From: Patescibacteria group bacterium | GTDB lineage: Bacteria > Patescibacteriota > Patescibacteriia > UBA10025 > JAHIVO01 | Assembly (NCBI GenBank): GCA_018816445.1 | Contig: JAHIVO010000005.1 | Location: forward strand, 1 to 63,783 | DNA: 63,783 bases | Direction: 5' to 3' | Part shown: positions 59,119 to 63,783 of the stretch, one piece after another | Layout of the letters: every line of letters begins with the position of its first letter | Position numbering within the stretch: position 1 is the first letter of the stretch | Made by a program: the position numbers and the translations under genes | Notes under the pieces: generated by a model | Database searches by the model: none | What the model was told of the DNA's origin: nothing | Seen by the model: the letters and a program-made list of their open reading frames with translations, nothing else

Positions 59119-59541
59119 ATGAATTTAAACAAAGCAGAGCTGATCGGAAATCTAGTAGCCAATCCGATTATTAAGGCTCTACCATCAGGGCAATCAGTTG
59201 CCACATTCCGCATGGCTACCAGCTACTCATGGAGGGACGCAAAGTCGAAAGAAAAGAAGGAGAATACCGAGTATCACCCGATTATTGCCTGGGGCAAATT
59301 GGGTAATATTGTGGGCAAGTACCTTAAAAAAGGAGACAAGGTTTATATTGATGGCCGGCTGCATAACCGCAATTGGGAAGCTAAGGACGGCACCAAGATT
59401 AAAGAATCGGAAATTGTAGCCCAGAACCTGATAATGCTGGGCGGCGCCAAGAAAAAGACTGACCAGGAGACACAAAATGTAAATGATGAGATAGTGGTTG
59501 AGGAAATTGACGTTAATAAAGTGCCGGCTGACGAAAAGTAA
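59119..59541 (+). CDS. ssb: single-stranded DNA-binding protein
   Basis: MNLNKAELIGNLVANP...TEYHPIIAWGKL...YIDGRLHNRNWE, with an acidic C-terminal tail. Confidence 0.9.
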   Translation: MNLNKAELIGNLVANPIIKALPSGQSVATFRMATSYSWRDAKSKEKKENTEYHPIIAWGKLGNIVGKYLKKGDKVYIDGRLHNRNWEAKDGTKIKESEIVAQNLIMLGGAKKKTDQETQNVNDEIVVEEIDVNKVPADEK

Positions 59542-59823
59542 TAAAAAATCCACCTCGGCAGTTTGGTTTTTACTAACTCCGGGGAGGAGCATGGAGCTTC
59601 ATCCGCCTCCGCCTAGATATTTCTTAAAATGTTGATTAACGATTAATGGAGGCTGCGACGGATTTTGTTCTGATTTATTACTATGGAACTTCATACTCCC
59701 AGTCTTACCGTTTTCGGGAAGGTCTCGGTAGGATTGGGTAATGAGGGTCTGTTAGTGCTTCGCACGGAATAATTACGGGCCTGACAGAGCATAGCTCTAT
59801 TGGCCATAATTAACTAAAAATTT

Positions 59824-60360
59824 ATGTTTAAAAAACATCGCCCACCACATATTTATCATGATAACCAAATATATTTTATTACAGCTAATACATTTGGGTG
59901 GATAAAGTATTTTAGAAGAAATTCCAGGAAAGAATTAATGAAAGGGATTCTACTATTGTTAATTAATCGCTATAAGTTGGAATTGCATGCTTGGGTAATT
60001 CTTGAAAACCATTACCATCTGCTAATTAAGGTTAATAGTGGCATTAATTTATCGTATTTTATTAGAAAATTTCATAGTGATATTGCATTATTAATCAATT
60101 CTTTAGAAAGAAAAAAAGGGCAAAGAATAATATATCAGTATTGGGATAAGTGTATAGAAACGGATAAAGAGTATTGGACCAGATTTAACTATATTCATCA
60201 TAATCCCGTAAAGCATGGTTTAGTGCAATACATGAATGATTATTTGTATTCCAGCTATAGATATTATTTATCAGAAAAAGGAAACCAGTGGCTTAGCTCA
60301 TGTTTTGAAGTATACCCGATTATTGGTTTTACCCGCGACGCGAAGCTGGTGCTTCGCTAG
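59824..60360 (+). CDS. IS200-like / RAYT-type HUH Y1 transposase, copy 2
   Basis: HUH motif NHYHLLI and YIHHNPVKHGL. The last codons run through a GC hairpin, gcgaagc-tggt-gcttcgc. Confidence 0.8.
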   Translation: MFKKHRPPHIYHDNQIYFITANTFGWIKYFRRNSRKELMKGILLLLINRYKLELHAWVILENHYHLLIKVNSGINLSYFIRKFHSDIALLINSLERKKGQRIIYQYWDKCIETDKEYWTRFNYIHHNPVKHGLVQYMNDYLYSSYRYYLSEKGNQWLSSCFEVYPIIGFTRDAKLVLR

Positions 60361-60388
60361 GCCCTATTAATAATTAGCCTTTATTATT

Positions 60389-62719
60389 ATGAAAAAAATA
60401 TTATCATATTTCTTTATCGTCAGTTTAGTTATTGTATTTATTGTCATTTTAAATTTACCCATGATGGCTAAAGCCACTTCTGCAACTCATCTTGTCATCA
60501 GCGAGGTTAAACTCTCCGGCGGCAGTGGTATGAGCACGGATGAGTTTGTTGAATTATACAATCCTACTGAGACTGATGTATCATTATCAAGCTGGAGACT
60601 GGTTAAAAAAACCGCTTCAGGCAACGAATACCCGTTAGTTGAGGATTTTGGTGAGCAGGAGATCAAATCGCACTCATTTTTTCTTATTGCCCATCCGGCC
60701 GGTTATTTGGGCGAGGTTCAGCCTGATGTTTATTTTTCAACTACTAATTCAATTTCAAGCAATAATACGATTATTTTATTGGATAATGAAAGCAATGAAA
60801 TTGATAAGGCTGGTTTTGGTACGGCCTTGGATTTTGAAGGGGAGCCCTTTGTTAATCCCGGATCTAATAAAAGCGCCGAAAGAAAGGCTAAAAATGATTC
60901 AACTGATGAAAATATGACTGAAGGCGGCGGTCATTATTTCTTGGGAAATAGTGAAGATTCTCAATTTAATTCACAGGATTTTATTATGCGCTCAGAACCA
61001 GAGCCGCAGAATTCTTTGTCAGAACTGGAGTATTTAGATATTGTTGTTCCCGATTTGCCCGAACCGCCTACAGATGAGTCAGATGATGAGCCCACTGATA
61101 ATATCCCACCATCCAAGTCGGATATTAAATCGTATTCAGGTAAAATAATTATTTCAGAAATTTATCCAAATCCAGAAGGCAAGGATGATAATGAGTTTAT
61201 TGAGCTGGAAAATATTAGCGACCAGGACATTGACATTACTGGCTGGCAATTAGGTGATGAGAGCAGCCGGCGTTATACTATTAAGTCTGATGATTTTAAG
61301 TCAACAATCATTACAGCGGGTAGTTACTTTATTATTGCCAAGGAAACTTCAAGCATTAGTTTAAATAACACTTCAGACTCAGCCATGCTTTATTGGCCGG
61401 ACGAACAGCTTTTAGATAGTGTTAGTTATGAAGATTGCACTGAAGAGCAATCATACAGTTTGATTGACAATGAGTGGATTTGGACTGATGATGTAACGCC
61501 AGGAGAGAAAAATAAATTTATTATTCAAAATGAATTGCCGCAGGCCTTTTTTGAACTGGAAACGGATGAGTTCAAAGTAAATAAACTAATCAGTCTTGAT
61601 GCCTCAGAATCAGAAGATGCAGATGGTGATGAGTTGGAATTTTTATGGGATCTTGGCAATGGTGATCAGCTCGCCGGAGAAAAGATTGAATATAGTTATA
61701 TGTCAATTGGCAAATACACCGTTACCTTATTGGTTAAAGATGATAAGGGCGGCGAGGATGAGTCGGAACAGAAAATCGAAGTTTCAGATTATGATTATTC
61801 TGATCAACTAATTATTAACGAGGTTTTACCGTCTTGTTCTCCGTCGGATGCAGAGTGCGAATTTATTGAGCTTTTAAATAATGACGATCGCGCTATTAAC
61901 CTGGAAGGTTGGCAACTGACTGATTCAAAAAGATATTATACTTTTTCTAAAGATTTTATAATTGAAGCGGGTGGGCTTTTAGCAATCAGTCGGGAGCAAA
62001 GTAAGGTTACGCTTAATAATAGTGGTGATTTAATTTATTTAATTGATCCTAAGGGGGATATTGTGAACGGGGTTGAGTACCAAAAATCTAAAAAGGATTT
62101 TTCTTTTTCATTTGATATGAGCGAGGGTAAATGGCACTGGACAGAAAGACCAACACCCGGAGAAAAAAATGAAATTATTTTTGAAGTTGACTCTTCAGCG
62201 GATTTGGAGTTAAACGGAGAAAGTGAAACCGGAGAAGAAATAGAAGAAATTAATAACACACCGTTAGAAATGATAATCGGAGAGATAAATGAGGCAATGT
62301 TGGGCAGGTTATTAAAAATTACAGGGGAAGTGGAGAGTGCAAATTCACGCGGTATATATCTGATGGATGACTTGGGAAATACTTTACGGGTTTATATCCA
62401 AAAAAAGACAGGCATAATCCAGCCAGAAGTTGAGTCAGGGGATAATATGACGGTTGTTGGTGTTTTAGACAAAACTAGCGCCGGCCTAAGGTTATTACCA
62501 CGCACAGAAGAAGATATCTCAATTGCAAAAAAGTCAGAGCCATCTGAAATGAAAGGTGAAGTTTTGGGAGCGACGATTGAAAAAGAGGTGATTGATTTTC
62601 CAACCAAGGATAGCAGTAAGGAAGTGAAGGTGTATTTAATTGTTTCGGTTGGGGCATTAGTATTAGCTGGGTCAATCGTTGGTTGGAGGTTTTATAAAAA
62701 GAAACAGCAAAAGTTGTGA
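60389..62719 (+). CDS. surface protein with three lamin-tail domains, a PKD domain, an OB-fold-like module and a C-terminal TM anchor
   Basis: Three LTD signatures (ISEV/ISEI/INEV ... EF(V/I)EL.N ... GW.L.D), a PKD stretch (DASESEDADGDELEFLWDLGNG...YTVTLLVKDDKGG), then LLKITGEVES...VVGVL and a TM helix. Confidence 0.7.
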   Translation: MKKILSYFFIVSLVIVFIVILNLPMMAKATSATHLVISEVKLSGGSGMSTDEFVELYNPTETDVSLSSWRLVKKTASGNEYPLVEDFGEQEIKSHSFFLIAHPAGYLGEVQPDVYFSTTNSISSNNTIILLDNESNEIDKAGFGTALDFEGEPFVNPGSNKSAERKAKNDSTDENMTEGGGHYFLGNSEDSQFNSQDFIMRSEPEPQNSLSELEYLDIVVPDLPEPPTDESDDEPTDNIPPSKSDIKSYSGKIIISEIYPNPEGKDDNEFIELENISDQDIDITGWQLGDESSRRYTIKSDDFKSTIITAGSYFIIAKETSSISLNNTSDSAMLYWPDEQLLDSVSYEDCTEEQSYSLIDNEWIWTDDVTPGEKNKFIIQNELPQAFFELETDEFKVNKLISLDASESEDADGDELEFLWDLGNGDQLAGEKIEYSYMSIGKYTVTLLVKDDKGGEDESEQKIEVSDYDYSDQLIINEVLPSCSPSDAECEFIELLNNDDRAINLEGWQLTDSKRYYTFSKDFIIEAGGLLAISREQSKVTLNNSGDLIYLIDPKGDIVNGVEYQKSKKDFSFSFDMSEGKWHWTERPTPGEKNEIIFEVDSSADLELNGESETGEEIEEINNTPLEMIIGEINEAMLGRLLKITGEVESANSRGIYLMDDLGNTLRVYIQKKTGIIQPEVESGDNMTVVGVLDKTSAGLRLLPRTEEDISIAKKSEPSEMKGEVLGATIEKEVIDFPTKDSSKEVKVYLIVSVGALVLAGSIVGWRFYKKKQQKL

Positions 62720-63016
62720 TCCCGCTATCAGCCTCACTATGTTTAGCTTCAGCGGGATTCTTAATCTAGCAAAATTTACGAGCCTAAAAGGCGATGGAAA
62801 TTTTGCTAGCTAAACAAAAAAACCAGGGATAATCACTTACTCACCCCTGTATTTATGGTACAGATGAAAGGTAAGTGATTATCCCTGGAAAAGTGTAATG
62901 AACGTTTTGTCTTTTTATTTTTGTTTTCTACCCTTATTATAGCGCAAAAAAAGGGTTTTGTCAACCACCTTTCTGCATAGCCGTGAAAGTAAAAAACTGA
63001 TACAATAGTATAAGCT

Positions 63017-63783
63017 ATGGCAAGTAAAGATAAAAAATTCATTATTATTGATGCTAACGCCCTGTTGCATCGCAGTTTTCACGCCCTGCCGCCATTGGCT
63101 ACTAAAAAAGGCCAGCTGATAAACGCGGTGTATGGCTTTACTTCAGTTTTGTTAAAAGTACTCAAGGAATTCAAGCCAGCCTACCTAGCTGTAGCCTATG
63201 ATATGAAAGAAAAGACTTTCCGGCATAAGGAGTACAAGGAGTACAAAGCCAAGCGCGTGGCTGCTCCAGATGAATTTTATGAGCAGATTCCATTATCAAA
63301 AAAAGTATTGGATGTTTTTGATATACCCGTATTAGAAAAGGCCGGTTTTGAAGCGGATGATATTATCGGTACTATTGCCGCCCATAATAAACAGAAAAAA
63401 ATTCACACAGTTATCGTGACAGGCGATAAAGATTCTTTTCAGTTAATTGGTGATTACACCAAGGTATATACTTTGCGCAAAGGCATGTCTGATACGGTAA
63501 CCTATGACAGCAAGGCAGTTGAAGACCGCTATGGGTTAAAACCGAATCAAATGATTGACCTTAAAGCCCTGGCTGGCGATCCGTCTGATAACATTCCGGG
63601 CATCAAAGGTATTGGTGAAAAAGGTGCTATTAATTTACTCATGCAATTTGGCAGCGTTGATAATATTTATAAGGAGATTAAAAAGAATGGGGACAAGGTT
63701 AAAATCAAACCGCGCTATTTGAAATTGTTAACAGAAGGTAAAAAGGACGCCGAGATGAGCAAAATGCTGGCTACTATTGTCTG
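63017..63783 (+). CDS. polA: DNA polymerase I, N-terminal 5'-3' exonuclease domain (partial, runs off the window)
   Basis: Open frame from ATG 63017: MASKDKKFIIIDANALLHRSFHALPPL...AYDMKEKTFRHKEYKEYKA.R...GFEADDIIGT...VTGDKDSFQL. A TACAAT box lies 11 nt upstream. Confidence 0.85.
   Translation, partial: MASKDKKFIIIDANALLHRSFHALPPLATKKGQLINAVYGFTSVLLKVLKEFKPAYLAVAYDMKEKTFRHKEYKEYKAKRVAAPDEFYEQIPLSKKVLDVFDIPVLEKAGFEADDIIGTIAAHNKQKKIHTVIVTGDKDSFQLIGDYTKVYTLRKGMSDTVTYDSKAVEDRYGLKPNQMIDLKALAGDPSDNIPGIKGIGEKGAINLLMQFGSVDNIYKEIKKNGDKVKIKPRYLKLLTEGKKDAEMSKMLATIV

Noticed and set aside
62833-63042. 69-aa minus-strand ORF
   Set aside because: It spans the long hairpin and the polA promoter and start, and is best explained as a chance frame.

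Overview
The window is a gene-dense (about 70 genes) bacterial chromosome segment with an AT-rich backbone. It has many small hypothetical membrane or secreted proteins. The 23S rRNA carries extra helices, and the 23S-5S operon has no 16S. Large surface proteins are present (a lamin-tail-domain/PKD protein and a DUF3160-like protein). From these traits I infer a small-genome, Patescibacteria/CPR-like organism, but this is inference only.

Recognisable content:
- Transport: two ABC transporters, an MFS transporter and an EamA-like transporter.
- Metabolism: tdh-kbl, a tryptophanase/tyrosine phenol-lyase-family lyase, purD plus a second PurD-like ATP-grasp, prs, a thiolase and a Cys/Met-metabolism PLP enzyme.
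- Replication and repair: ssb, the polA 5' end, an Endonuclease-Q-like PHP protein, Maf and NUDIX hydrolases.
- Other proteins: a TrmB-like regulator divergent from a B12-type radical SAM enzyme, an M23 peptidase and an HExxH metalloprotease.
- RNA genes: 23S, 5S, tRNA-Ser(CGA) and tRNA-Leu(UAG).

Most unusual observations:
1. Both tRNA loci are surrounded by tRNA fragments. At the Leu locus an intact tRNA-Leu(UAG) with its own -10 box sits inside the anticodon loop of a second, split tRNA-Leu. That pair is in turn bracketed by an acceptor-stem-like inverted repeat ending in ACCA. At the Ser locus, 5' tRNA fragments alternate with GIY-YIG nuclease genes, one intact and one carrying an in-frame stop.
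2. GC-rich hairpin (REP-like) elements are scattered through the AT-rich DNA, together with two IS200-like/RAYT-type HUH transposase genes. One of those genes carries a 78-nt double hairpin inserted in frame just after its HUH motif.
3. A roughly 135-nt promoter-plus-GC-rich-leader element occurs three times within 5 kb, ahead of three different transcription units.
4. A higher-GC island (about 34.7-40.7 kb) is full of phosphotransfer enzymes: two guanylate-kinase-like paralogues with novel N-termini, a PHP hydrolase, an IMPase, a HAD phosphatase, an APH-fold kinase and an RHH-fused nucleotidyltransferase.
5. Genes fall into two classes that are interleaved gene by gene. One class is near 50% GC with strong Shine-Dalgarno sites. 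The other is AT-rich with no SD or is near-leaderless.

No CRISPR array, reverse transcriptase or integrase was seen. All GC statements are by eye, not computed.
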